A stretch of DNA of 64,000 nt from Octopus vulgaris (taxonomy: Eukaryota), in NCBI GenBank assembly GCA_951406725.2, contig OX597833.1, positions 44,640,001-44,704,000 on the forward strand, in the 5' to 3' direction. Within the stretch, counting starts at the first letter, position 1; every line of letters begins with the position of its first letter. The position numbers and the translations under genes are program-made. The notes below the pieces were generated by a model, which saw only the letters and a program-made list of their open reading frames with translations, did no database searches and was not told where the DNA came from. Below are positions 13,111 through 25,742 of the stretch, piece after piece.

Positions 13111-13784
13111 TATAGGGATGTTCAATAACTTAAAACTAAATCTAATAGGTCAAAAAGAAGGTTATTAGACGAAATGCCTAACGGTATATTGCCCGTCGCT
13201 ACGTTCTAAGTTCAAATTCGGCCGGGGTAGCCTTTACCTTTCATCCTTTCGAGGCCGATGAAATAAGTACAAACTGAACATTGGTGTTGATGTAATTGAC
13301 TCATCATCTCCTCCAAAACTGCTGCACTTGTGGCAAAATTTGAAGCCATTATTGTCATTATAATTGTTGTTGTTGTTGATATTTTACTGTCTTTGCACAT
13401 CTTCTAACGCTATAATCTTTTACACACACATACACACAAAACGGGATTTATATTATAGATCTCCTCTTCTCCAACAAGGCACTTTTACTGATTTATTTCA
13501 TTATTGCATTTTTCAAATAATATATTTATTGTCATCGTTTAAAATCTAATTTATTTCTTCTTGTCCTTGCCACCCATACGCTTACCTATTTCCACTTTTA
13601 TCATCATCATCATTATCACCCGCATTATACAAGTTATAAGTCATTACCAACTGGTATTATTATAATTGTAATATGAGTGACAAGGCTTTCGAATACAATA
13701 ATAAGAGCACTATTAAAAAATAGAATTATTCAGATGTAAAATTTTTAATTTTAATTTTAATTTTATTCGTAGGAAAAAATTTCG

Positions 13785-14490
13785 ATGACCATGAATGCAA
13801 AACGAAGAAAGGTAGATGCTGAATGCCAAATTTTTCAAGGAACTTGGACATTAGATTACTTCTTCATTGAGCACAGCGGGGACCCGATTTCTCTCATATG
13901 TCTAGAAAGCATTGCTGTGAATTAGGTAGTAAATATTAGGCGACACTACGAGACGCGCCATTGTGAAAATTTTAGGACATTTACTGGACAAGCAAGGAAA
14001 GATGAAGTTGAGCGGTTGGAGTCTAGCTTTGGAAGACAAACGTCATTTTTTAAAAACAGAAAAGGCGAAAACGTGGCAAATACAATTGCCAGCGTTGAAG
14101 TTTCAAAACGCATCGCTGAAAAGATGAAACCTTTTACAGATGGTGATTTTTATTTAAAAGGCTGCTTATTGGCAGTGTTAGATATTTTTTGTTCAGAAAA
14201 AGTGTTTTTATCTGTAACTATCAGTCTGTCTCCGAGGACGGTCACGCGGTGGGTTGAAGAAACGTCAGCAGATATTAAAAATCAATTAATCAACACCTAC
14301 AGTGTATTACAGTATTTTTCAATTGCAGTCGATGAGAGTACAGGTTTAAGTGACACTGCACAACTTGCTGTCTTTGTATGAGGAGTGACTTCAACTTTTC
14401 AGATCTTTGAAGAATTTATTCAGTTAATTCCTATGAAGGAATCCGTAACATGTGCGGACATCACTGAAGCTTTGTTGAAAATGATTTCGG
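13785..14490 (+). mobile_element. hAT (GTF2IRD2/Charlie/SPIN-like) transposase 5' remnant, copy 1
   Basis: AKRRKVDAECQIFQGTWTLDYFF, LICLE...HYETRH (zinc-finger-like), KPFTDGDF, LSPRTVTR and FSIAVDESTGLSDTAQLAVFV; stops and frameshifts, truncated. Confidence 0.8.
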
Positions 14491-15018
14491 TTTAACGTCA
14501 TGATGAGTGTCTTGCGCAGAGTTCATTCTGTTGTAAGCATTTGAGCCAGATCTCTTGTGTGAGTATTCTTCCCTCTCACCTATCTCGGATGCCATGGAAA
14601 GGCTAATGGACACTACTTTTCATGTCTAAAAGGTTTTGTTTTATTTTTTTAAAAAAACGCTCCATGTGTTTGTGTAGTTGTTGACATATAGACTGTTTCA
14701 ACCTTCTTTGGCACATCTGCTACAAAGTTAGATATTCCAACACTTGGAAGCACTTAGATCGTGTCAGCACTTCAGGTAGTTTAAGAGATGTTAAACATTA
14801 TAGCTTTGTATGAATATTGTACATTTATATCAGTCTAATATTTTGCTATGAGGCCAATTGCTATTTTATGAGAAGCGGACTGCATTACACATGAAATATC
14901 ATTAACGGGTTGCGCTACTCAAGTTTGTCATTCAGAAAGTCCCAAAGCCCACGTGCAGCCCGCGTGCTGTTCAAATATTAATGTGTTGTTTTTTTGCTTT
15001 TATTTTTTTGTTTTTCAG

Positions 15019-15360
15019 TGAAATCTGCCATACATAATCTGGAAGTTATTGACATACCTGTTTCAATCGACGAGACAGTAACCTTCAGATGTACAGCAAA
15101 TGTCACTAAAACTTATAAATCAGTGGATGTCGGAAATTATGGCTCTCGTGAAAATTATGTCACTTTTAATTGGCTTGTATCAAATGGTAAAAATACAGTA
15201 CAAGCAAATAAAAAAATTTTAGTCCCATCTCATATAGATTGTTTTGTTCCGGCAACATCAAAATATCAATACAAGGTAACAAGCGCAGATTTATTGAATA
15301 AAACAACTGTCAAATGTTCAATATTTGGCGACACGCTTACCAAACCACTATACGCCAAAG
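15019..15360 (+). CDS. Ig-superfamily domain exon 2 (C-like), copy 1
   Basis: tttttcAG acceptor, AAG|GTAAAA donor, 342 nt, phase 1-1. VTFRC...FNW...VKC pattern with NVT and NKT sequons. Confidence 0.85.
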
Positions 15361-15449
15361 GTAAAAACAATATTTTTCTTTCTTTTGTCGTAAAAAGAAA
15401 AATGAGTAAAGCTCTTCTCGTGTTATAGACTCATAAGGTTAGAGACTCA

Positions 15450-15675
15450 TAAGGCTGGTTTCCTTGTTTCTGTAGTGTTAAATACACTCCACCACCACTT
15501 GACGGAACGCCCGTCCATGCAGGATTATTCATTTTGCCAGCTGAGTTGATTAGAGCAACGTCAAATGGAGTGTCTTACACAAGAACATAGCGCATCACCC
15601 CTTCCAGGAATCGAACCCACAATCTTATGACCATGACTCTAACACCCTAACCACTAATCCACGCGCTTCCACATT
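15450..15675 (-). mobile_element. tRNA-derived SINE (decayed)
   Basis: Minus strand gtggaagcgcgtggattagtggttagggtg...gggttcgattcctgg shows A- and B-box-like motifs. Confidence 0.6.
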
Positions 15676-16077
15676 GTGTTATCTTGGTTAGTGGATATAC
15701 CATTTGTTGATGCTGTTGCTGTTGTTCATGTATTTTGTTTTGTTTTGCTTGTTTGTTATTGTTTTTGTTTTACCTTTCTTTTTGTTTAACTTTTGGTCAA
15801 ACATACCTATGACCAAAGGTATTCCAGCGATGGCAGTTTCATTGAGGCATTGTACAACTAAAATTACATTATCCCCATCTGTCTATTTTTCTTCTAAGAG
15901 AACACGTGTGATACCTTAGAAATTTGGCTGGGGTTTTTTGCGCAGATCAAACTACCACGTGGAGATTCGTGCTGCAATGCGTGTGTGTGCATTGATATTT
16001 TTTCATACGGTATACTATCACCTAACCATTGTGATTAATCTCATTTGAATAGAAACATCTGACCAGACTTGAATATA

Positions 16078-16450
16078 TAGGTGTAGGAGTGGCTGTGTAG
16101 TAAGTAGCTTTCTTACGAACCACATTGTTCCGGGTTCAGTCCCACTGCATGTGGCACCTTGGGCGAGTGTCTTCTAATATAGCCTCAAGCCGACCAAAGC
16201 CTTGCGAGTGGATTTGGTTGACGGAAACTGAAAGAAGCCAATCGTATATATGTATTTATACATATATATGTATGTGTGTGTATATGTGTGTCTATGTTTG
16301 TCTTCCCAATATCGCTTGACAACCGATGCTGGTGTGTTTACGGCAAAAGAGACCGATAGAATAAGTACTAGGCTTACAAAGAATAAGTCCTGGGGTCGAT
16401 TTGCTCGACTAGAGGCGGTGCTCCAGCAAATTACTGAAACTAGTAAAAGA
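16078..16450 (+). mobile_element. tRNA-derived SINE with internal microsatellite
   Basis: ggagtggctgtgtagtaag (A box-like) and gttccgggttcagtcccactgc (B box-like); its tail motifs recur elsewhere in the window. Confidence 0.65.
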
Positions 16451-16703
16451 GTATATGCTATTTCGCTTTTTGTGAAAATGACAAATCCTTCTCTTCGTGA
16501 GGTTCATCTGTTGCCAACCATATGACGTTTCAAAATGTTCTCTAGTTGAAGATGTGTAACCACGCACTGAGGCCGTGGGATTGCAGTGACACCTGAATGG
16601 CGACAGTATGGTATAAAAGTCGTTTCTGAGACATGTCTCTCGGAACTAATCTTTGAGATGGCACATAATAACGAAACAGTCCTGCATGCAAGCATTGTTT
16701 GTA

Positions 16704-17259
16704 TTGGGTTGTCCGGAAAGTTCATGCCGATTTATAGTAGCTTCGACTTATTTTAGAACATGGTTGAGTCCATAAAATAGGATTTGACTACACCTCCATT
16801 TAGAGCACAGCTTAAGCTATTTTTCGTGGAAGAAAGTTTAGGTGCCTATAACCTGTGTTAATTTTGTAACCCTTTAAAATGGAAGATAACAAAGTTCATT
16901 TTCGGCACTTGATGCTTTGGGAACCAGACAAAAATTGCTGCAGCTCGGCTGGGATGTTTACCCCACCCTCCATATTCACCAGATATTGCCCCTTCGGATT
17001 TCCACTATTCAGCTCTCTGCAGAATAGTCTTAATGGTAAAAATTTCAATTCCATGGATGACGTAAAAAGATACCTTGATGAATTCTTTGCCATGAAACCA
17101 CCTCAGTTCTAGGAGAGGGTATTTTCAAGTTAAAGGAAAGATGGAGACGCATTGTGCAACAAAATGGTTCATATTTGGTTGATTAAAAAATGTAATGGCA
17201 AGTATTTATTGACCTTTTCATTCCTTTAAAGTTCGGCACGAACTTTCCGGACGACCCAA
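16704..17259 (+). mobile_element. Internally deleted non-autonomous mariner with intact TIRs and TA TSD (copy 1)
   Basis: TA|ttgggttgtccggaaagttcatgccga ... tcggcacgaactttccggacgacccaa|TA. N-terminal MEDNKVHFRHLML is fused to a C-terminal LGWD..PHPPYSPDIAPSDFH..LQNSL..KERWRRIVQQNGSY segment. Confidence 0.92.
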
Positions 17260-18169
17260 TATCAGTGTAATTAGTCATAATACAGTTATCATAACTATAA
17301 TAATACTTTTATCGCAACTTTTAATTTTTTTTTTGATAAAAATAAATGATTACTATTTTTATAACTGTATACCTCTTTTACACCAATCTGTACATACACA
17401 CAAACACACACATATATATATATATATATCTATGTATCTATATATATATACATATACATAGATATATATCTAAATATCTATATATATATACATATTTATA
17501 GATATATAGATGTATGTATGTATGTATGTATGTATGTATGTATGTATGTATGTATGTATGTATGTAGAAAGTTGAAAAGGAACACACGAGTTGATATGTA
17601 TAAGGAGAAAAATCGAGATAGAAAATGATAAAAACTTTCTTTTATAATTATTGTGTTATACCACATAGAAAGGTATATAAATTTGTAAAATCAATCAGCC
17701 AACGAGCAGTCCTTTTCACAACCACACGAACATAGAGAAATGGTAACCAAATCTTCCTCCAGTCATATCCTACAATATCTTTTTTTTTTTGTAAAGATAA
17801 TTCTTTTGGTAATGTAGTCTGAAATATCTTAGTTTTAAAATACTGCGTGGCACTCGGAAAAGTAGCCCCTGTTCCGTATCAAAGGGTAGATACAGAAATT
17901 ACTTTACACACACGAAAAAGCGCCCAGACTTTTATTTACAAATGTCATTGTTTTATTTCGGCCGCTTGTAACTGTCATTCAGAAGCCATGTGCAATATGT
18001 TATTAGTTTGTTCTTGTCATCCACTTTTAATTGCTGTACACGTGTAAAATTATATGCTTCAAGTTCAGGCTTTTCAACATCCGTTGGTATGACCTGCTTA
18101 TGTGGGACTGCTGCGCCAATTCGTGGGTTAATTTCTTTGGACTTCGAGTAATCCTTTGGCAGGTATCCT

Positions 18170-18399
18170 GGCGGCGAGCTAGCAGAATCGTTAGCACGCC
18201 GGGCAAAATGCATAGCCGTATTTCGTCTGCCGTTACGTTCTGAGTTCGAATTCCTTCGAGGACGACTTTGCCTTTCATGCTTTCGAGGTCGATTAAATAA
18301 GTACCAGTTAGGCACTGGGGTCGATATAATCGATTTAATCCGTTTGTCTGTCCTTCTTTGTCCCTTCTGTGTTTAGCCCCTTGTGGGTAGTAAAGAAAT
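18170..18399 (+). mobile_element. tRNA-derived SINE with 9-bp target-site duplication (copy 1); second copy 46331-46560
   Basis: Head ggcggcgagctagcagaatcg, B box-like gagttcgaattcc, and TSD aggtatcct at 18161-18169 and 18400-18408. Confidence 0.85.
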
Positions 18400-19856
18400 A
18401 GGTATCCTGACTTACTTCCGGTGTTCGAACCGTGGGTCCTTTTCTTTTTTGGGGTGTTATTCACTGACCCCGTAGTGCGTCACTTCTTAACCAACATTTG
18501 TATCGTTCACTTTGCCGGCAAGCCTTAACCCAGAAACTTGACTTTAAAAGTTTCACGTGTTTGCTTAACACAATCGGTTCTCACATGCACTTACACAATC
18601 TCCATTCCTTCCGCTATTGAGTGTGGCATGTTGCAGAAAATGCTAGAGATGTTCACTCAATGCATTCTTACAATTAACTAATGCGGTGAGGGTAACGTAG
18701 CAAAGAGTCGACTGATGCACCATCTTTGTTCAGCACAAACAAGGCTTTGAACTAACATAATGACACTTGCAAACGAAAGGCTTGGTGCTTTTTGCGTATG
18801 TAAATTTATTTCTCTATTCACACAGTGTTACGGAATCCAGGCTACTTTTTCGTGCCCCACCCTATAAAAGACAAGAAGTTTGTTCACATACAAACGCCAT
18901 AGATCAAAGGTTGACCTTATCAAGAATGACTTCGAAACGAATAACAATAGCAATTCTATTGGTTTTTGTTTGCCTGACATAAAACAGGTTCTAGTTCATA
19001 TCTCACAGTTAAAGAATTAGCAGTAGAAAGATTTAACACGGCAAATAATTGTATAAAAATAGTATCACATGCGGTCGTATCGTATAAGAGACACGGTCGC
19101 ACGTGGTCATATTCTTAATGAGTTATTTACTGACCATATATACATGCAGCGGCAATGGAACACATAAGTGGAATGACAACAAGTCTTCTGTTGGTAGATA
19201 AATATTATTTATTTTACATATTTTACAATCATGTTGGTTGGAAGTTTGTAAGTGTTAGCATGTTTTTGTGTCTGTGTGTTACGTGAGGCATAAAGGGTAC
19301 TGACCAGAGAAATAACAATGGAATTTGGTTCACAGTTCATGTTGTTGGTATCAGCCTAGCAACAGGTAGTAGCAGATGGCTTAAGGTAGTTCTTAGAAGA
19401 ACTAGAATTCAAGACAGTTAATTGATTTACCGTTTATGAGGTACACGGAGGGTAAGAGTTCCATATCAAGATGTTGCGTCTCGTAGTTGAGATTAATTGA
19501 GTCACTTGTTGTGTTTATCTTTCTCTTGATGTGAATATACTTCCAGATATATTAACTGTAGCCGTTTTTCCCGTGGTGATATTTTCACCTAACCGCTATA
19601 GTTGAATCTGTAGTTGTCTTGTGTACAAATTAAATCTTAGTAGATAGAGACGATGTTGGCGATGAGTCGTGTCTGTCGCTTGGTTTTTGCTGCGTCTTCA
19701 TTATATATTCTGCTTGGTTATTTTTCTCTAGTTATAGATATCCTGTAACCGTTCTTTTCGTGGTGATATTTTCACACTAACAGTGTGAGAGGAATCTGTA
19801 ACATCTTGTATTAATGGTGGTCGCCTGCCTTTCGAACTGGAACATGGTCGAGTATG

Positions 19857-19999
19857 CTCTGTGTGGTCAGAGGTTCGCCCTGAGAAGAACCAAAGACGAA
19901 CTCTGTGGTCAGAGGTTAGTCCTGAAAAGAACTAAAAACCTAAGACGAGCTCTGTGGTCAGAGGTTTAGCTCTGAAAAGAACTAAAAACCTAAGACGAA
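19857..19999. repeat. Three tandem 44-50 bp direct repeats
   Basis: ctctgtggtcagaggtt...ctgaaaagaactaaaaacctaagacga starting at 19857, 19901 and 19950. Confidence 0.85.
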
Positions 20000-20547
20000 T
20001 ATTCGTCTGAGAACCCTTCTTTATAAGGTTTATTGGGCTCAAAAACGAACTTCAGAAATGGAAAGCTGTGAGTGGTTGCTTGGAACAATGGCGCGAAAAT
20101 AAGCGGAGGCAAATCGCGTCACGTGACAACCAGCGGTGCGAACGTAGTAGAGACCACGTTCAGTCAATCGAATTAGTGTTTACAACAATAATAAACTAGC
20201 CGAAGATGTTTGAAATCTCGAACGAGATTATTCTTAATACTCTTCTCAAACAGTGAAGATAGCAATGAGTGTAACGATATCGCTACAATTGAAAGAATAA
20301 ATAAATAAATAAAAACCTAACTTTTTCTATAAAAGTAATCTCGTCCATAATTCAATTAAATGTCAATTCAAGATCTAGTACTAAACATAAAGTTTTGGAA
20401 TTTTTAAGTCGTTTCGTATATCTCAGCTCCTACATTTATACGTTTTGTCTTGATTTCCGACTACTTCACTATTTTAAATTAATAAAAGGAATTGAAAATT
20501 GTATTTTATTTTCTGTATGATATTTCATTTCCCTTGTTTAATTACAG

Positions 20548-20577
20548 TTCCTCCGAAAACTACCACTGCTAAACCTA
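20548..20577 (+). CDS. Stalk microexon 1 (30 nt, VPPKTTTAKP), copy 1
   Basis: ttacAG|TTCCTCCGAAAACTACCACTGCTAAACCTA|GTAAGT; phase 1-1. Confidence 0.8.
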
Positions 20578-21628
20578 GTAAGTTCATTTTTCTCTTATCT
20601 TTATTTCATTCTACAGAATTTCAATATTTTCTGTCCACTTGTAGGGAACATCTATCATATTTTAATAAATTCTCATGGATTTAAACTACTTCGTAAAGAG
20701 ATGCCTTTCCCAGTCAGTTCGCTTTTCAAGCATATGTTCCCGAGTCCAAACTGACAGCACGTCGCCTTAGGAGAGTGTCTTCAACTATAGCCCCAGACAG
20801 GCCAATACTTTTTCAGCAAATATATTTCGCTTAGTTCCGCTGGACTAACATGTCAGGCGTCTAGAGATAGATTCTCCTTATATATATATTTTTATTTATT
20901 TTTTTTTTAAATTTATTTGTTTATATATGTGTATGTATGCATGTATGTATGTATGTATGTATGTATGTATGTATGTATGTATGTATGTATCAATCGCGGG
21001 GACATAGAAATAATCGGACTGAATACCCGATCGCGCGGTTAAACCATTAGGAGTGAAGGACTTCTAGCCTTTGTTAGGGCATCCTTCTAGGAGAAGGTAA
21101 CTCAGGTAACTGGGATAACTCCGATATAAAACCTGCGGCTCAGTGGCTACCGATGATGTTGACTTGTTCTTCTTTTCGGATTATGGCTGCTGTTGCTTAG
21201 TGAGTGGGATTGACTCAGTGCACAGCCTTTCCTCACTTTAAAAAAATTTTCTTGCACAAGCATTGCACGATAACAACATTGATTGAGCTTCGGGCAATGG
21301 CCATACTCGATAACGAGGGGGCAGCCACCATGTATGTATGTATGTATGTATGTATGTATGTATGTATGTATGTATGTATGTATGTATGTATATAAACCGA
21401 ACTTTTCTCTTAAGGTAATCTCATCCATAATTCGATTAAATATCAATTGAAGATTGAATTCTAATCACAACGTTTTGGAATTTGTAAAGTCATTTCGTGT
21501 AGCTCAGCTCCTACATTTATACATCTTGTCTTCATTTCCGACTGGTTTACTATTTTAAATTAATAAAAGGAATTGAAAAGTGTATTTCATTTGCTGCATC
21601 ATATTTCATTTTCTTTGTTTAATTTTAG

Positions 21629-21664
21629 CTACTACGGAAAAAATAACTACCACTGTTACAACGA
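21629..21664 (+). CDS. Stalk microexon 2 (36 nt, TTTEKITTTVTT), copy 1
   Basis: ttttAG|CTACTACGGAAAAAATAACTACCACTGTTACAACGA|GTAAGT; phase 1-1. Confidence 0.8.
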
Positions 21665-22029
21665 GTAAGTAAATTTTTCTCTTATCTTAATTTCATTATA
21701 CAGAATTGAATTGCATTCTTTTGTGTCCACTAGTGGTACAAATTAGCAGTGTCTCGTCAAAAACTTTTACAGCAATTCTGTCCTTTTGAGTTCTGAGTTC
21801 CAATTCCGCTAAGGTCGAGTTTGTTATGCTTTCTTCCTGCCAGATGTCAATAGTATAATACTGTCTAGTACCAGGTTCTATTTTTAATTCGTTCTCCAAA
21901 GTATCTATATTATTCTGATGTAACGAAAATGAAAGCACTGCTATGGAACGAAATGAAAGCACTGCTTATCATACACATAACATTTACGTTGTCAGGAAGA
22001 TAATTTTATACGAAGTAATAAATTAGAAC

Positions 22030-22609
22030 TAGACAGGCTCAAAAAGACTACGCTGGAAAAGATTATTATGGAAGCTCAAAAACCCAGCAAACCAACAAAA
22101 ATTCAGAGACTTTCTACTGGAAGCTCTAATGATAGAGAGGAGGAAGTGGAAGGGACATATATATCTTAGAGGACAACTATGAAGTTTCTGTGGGACAATT
22201 TACTGAGTGCTGCTGACCAAATTTGTGCTTGGTGCAAAGTCCCAGCCTGGCCGAGGATGACTTAGTGTGGAAAAAGGAGGTGGACAATGCTACAAACTTA
22301 AAGAGATATGCCTGCAGTGAACTGGAAAAACGGTGGAAGCAAAGCATTATAACAGGGAGCTTTGCCAACGTTATACAACGTAAGGATCAGAGACGTGAGG
22401 TGCTCAGGATTGCAAAGCAGTGTATCAGAGAGAAAAGAGATGTGGTAGGTGAGAAATGTGTGCGAATGGATCACGATATGCTTGCGCTTAGTGAATCAGA
22501 GAAGAAAGATGCGTGGAGATGCCATTATGAAAGGTTGTTAAATGTGGGGAATGACTGGGAGAAGGAGAGTCTTTCAAATATTGAAACAATTGAGGGACCC
22601 TTTTGGTAA
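22030..22609 (+). mobile_element. RTE-like LINE ORF fragment; further copies ~26544-26938, ~50190-50767, ~54714-55110
   Basis: EVLRIAKQCIREKRDVVGEKCVR...LALSESEKKDAWRCHYERLLNV resembles the EN-RT linker of RTE-type LINEs; truncated and frameshifted. Confidence 0.65.
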
Positions 22610-22644
22610 TAAATGGCATACGGCTGTCTACATTAATTTGGTTG

Positions 22645-22682
<38 letters not shown>

Positions 22683-22699
22683 ACACACACTCAGAGAGA

Positions 22700-22743
<44 letters not shown>

Positions 22744-23080
22744 GCGTGAAAGCTTACGGTTTAATAAATTGTCATACGTTTAAACTACTTTTTAAAGAGA
22801 TGCCTTTCCCAGTCATTTCGCTTTTCTAGTATATGTTCCCGGGTTCAATCTCACTGCACGTCGCCTTGGGAGAGTGTCTTCAACTATAGCCCCAGACAGG
22901 CCAGTACTTTACCAGTAAAATAATTTCGCTTAGTTCCGCCGGACTAATATGTCAAGCGTCTAGAGATAGATTCTCCTTATATATATTAATTATTATTTGA
23001 TGGAATAAAATCCAAATTACAAGGAAACAGAATTTAATTTAGAAATACTCATTCAAATTCCACACAATATGATATATATA

Positions 23081-23527
<447 letters not shown>

Positions 23528-23923
23528 ATACGCTGAGTAATTTATATATATATATATACGCTGAGTAATTAATTTTGTTATTATAAATTTAGCTTTTCTC
23601 TTATATGTAATTTTCTAGATGGTGTAAATTAATTATTTATTTTGAATTGATAAAAGGTGGTTTTTTTCTAATATTATATATATATATAAACCGACCTTTT
23701 CTGTTAAGGTCATCTCATCCATAATTCGATTAAATACCAATTCAAGATCGAATTCTAATCATAAAGTTTTGGAATTTTTAAAGTCATTTCGTGTAGCTTA
23801 GCTCCTACGTTTAAATATCTTGTCTTCATTTCCGACTGGTTTACTATTTTAAATTAATAATAGGAATTGAAAAGTGTATTTCATTTGCTATATCATATTT
23901 CATTTTTTCTTGTTTAATTTTAG

Positions 23924-23941
23924 CTACCACTGCTAAACCGA
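23924..23941 (+). CDS. Stalk microexon 3 (18 nt, TTTAKP), copy 1
   Basis: ttttAG|CTACCACTGCTAAACCGA|GTGAGT; phase 1-1. Confidence 0.75.
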
Positions 23942-24341
23942 GTGAGTAACTTTTTCTCTTATTTTAATTTCATTGTACAGAATTGCATTCTTTTGTGTCC
24001 ACTTGTGGGACAAATTATTAGTGTCTCGTCAAAAAACTTTTACATCATTTCTGTCCTGTTGAGTTCTGAGCTCCAATTCCGCTAAGGTCGAGTTTCTCAT
24101 GCTTTCATCTTGCCAGATGTCAATGAATATAATACTGTCTAGTACCAGGCTCTGCTTAAATTAACAGTTGCATTTTTCCAAACAATATAGCTTTATATCT
24201 ATCCTATGTCATTCTGAAGTAACGCTTTTACTATGGGACGAAATGAAAACACTATTTATCATACACGTAACATTTACGCCGTCAGGAAGATAACAAAAAC
24301 GAAATAATAAAATTGTAAGTAAAGTAAAACATACATAAGTA

Positions 24342-24380
<39 letters not shown>

Positions 24381-24386
<6 letters not shown>

Positions 24387-24638
24387 GAAATGAGGTACTC
24401 AGAAATCCGGATGGTTTAATATTTACAAATATTTATTAGTATGTTACATATGTTTATACATCATATATCACATATTAGCGCTTTCGTCAATTCTACTGGA
24501 GCCTTCAAATTTGAAGGCTGCAGTAGAATGGACGAAAGCGCTAATATGTGATATATGATGTATAAAAATATGTAACATACTAATAAATATTTGTAAATAT
24601 AAACCCATCCGGATTTCTGAGTACCTCATTTCTTCTAA
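24381..24638. repeat. 258-bp near-perfect spacerless palindrome (foldback MITE-like); copies at 26184-26441, 28724-28981, ~52554-52810, ~54357-54613, 56901-57158, ~58703-58960, ~60489-60748
   Basis: ttagaagaaatgaggtactcagaaatccggatgg ... ccttcaaa|tttgaagg ... ccatccggatttctgagtacctcatttcttctaa, centred at 24509/24510 and flanked by TA. Confidence 0.92.
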
Positions 24639-24673
24639 TATATAATACCTGTACATCATCTCCAAACCTTCTA

Positions 24674-24705
<32 letters not shown>

Positions 24706-25009
24706 CATCCAAACCATCTAATATATATATATACATCATCTCCAAACCTTCTAATATAATATATATATACAATGATGATGATATATCATAATGTTTTCGG
24801 GCAATTACAGTCCCTGTCAGTGCATATGTATACAACTTATGTGCTTATCTACGCCAGTAGATCTTTTAGCTCTTATTTCTAGCAATGTAGGTTTCTAACA
24901 CCCTTAGTCATATTTAGTGACAATTATTAGTTTTCCTTCTTTGGTAACACATTGCACTCGGCTGTCTATAGCAATTTTTTTTACATACAAACATATGGCA
25001 GGTAAAAAC

Positions 25010-25237
25010 ATTTGAACCTGGCCGTTGCCAGTTCCGCGTGACTGGCCTTCGTGCCGGTGGCACGTAAAAGCACCCACTACACTCTCGGAGTAGTTGGTGC
25101 TAGGAAGGACATCCAGCTGTAGAAACTCTGCCCGATCAGATTGGAGCCTGGTGCAGCCATCTGGCTCGCCAGTCTTCAGTCAAACCGTCCAACCAATGCC
25201 AACTTGGAAAATGGACGTTAAACGATGATGATGATGA
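25010..25237 (+). mobile_element. Retroposon 3' end (RTE-type/SINE tail) ending in (GAT)n; recurs in most ~1.8-kb units
   Basis: gtaaaagcacccactacactctcggagt...ggaaaatggacgttaaacgatgatgatgatga; recurs near 29350, 53180, 57530, 59330 and 61480. Confidence 0.65.
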
Positions 25238-25724
25238 ATGATACGTATATATATATATAATTCCCAGTCAATTCGCTTTTCAACCACATGTTTTCGAGTT
25301 CAATCTCACTGCACGGCACCTTGGGAGAATGTCTTCAACTATAGCCCCGGACACAGCAACGCTGAGTAATTAATTTTGTTATTATAAATTTAGCTTTTCT
25401 CTTATATGTAATTTTCTAGATGGTGTAAATTAATTATTTATTTTGAATTGATAAAAGGTGGTTTTTTTCTAATATTATATATATATATAAACCGACCTTT
25501 TCTGTTAAGGTCATCTCATCCATAATTCGATTAAATACCAATTCAAGATCGAATTCTAATCATAAAGTTTTGGAATTTTTAAAGTCATTTCGTGTAGCTT
25601 AGCTCCTACGTTTAAATATCTTGTCTTCATTTCCGACTGGTTTACTATTTTAAATTAATAATAAGAATTGAAAAGTGTATTTCATTTGCTGTATCATATT
25701 TCATTTTTTCTTATTTAATTTTAG

Positions 25725-25742
25725 CTACAACGGAAAAACCGA
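25725..25742 (+). CDS. Stalk microexon 4 (18 nt, TTTEKP), copy 1
   Basis: ttttAG|CTACAACGGAAAAACCGA|GTAAGT; phase 1-1. Confidence 0.75.

Noticed and set aside
19857-19999. Short direct repeats resembling a CRISPR array
   Set aside because: The units abut one another with no unique spacers, there are no cas genes, and the context is eukaryotic.
23880-23923. TGC upstream of the microexon acceptors as an SRRM3/4 (eMIC) neural microexon enhancer
   Set aside because: The TGC lies about 35-40 nt upstream, farther than typical, is absent before microexon 1, and its sharing is explained by duplication; not supportable from sequence alone.
24468-24665. Recurrent 65-aa ORF (MEMMYRYYILEE...) found in many repeat units
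   Set aside because: It lies within the palindromic element and recurs only because the unit is duplicated; no coding signature.
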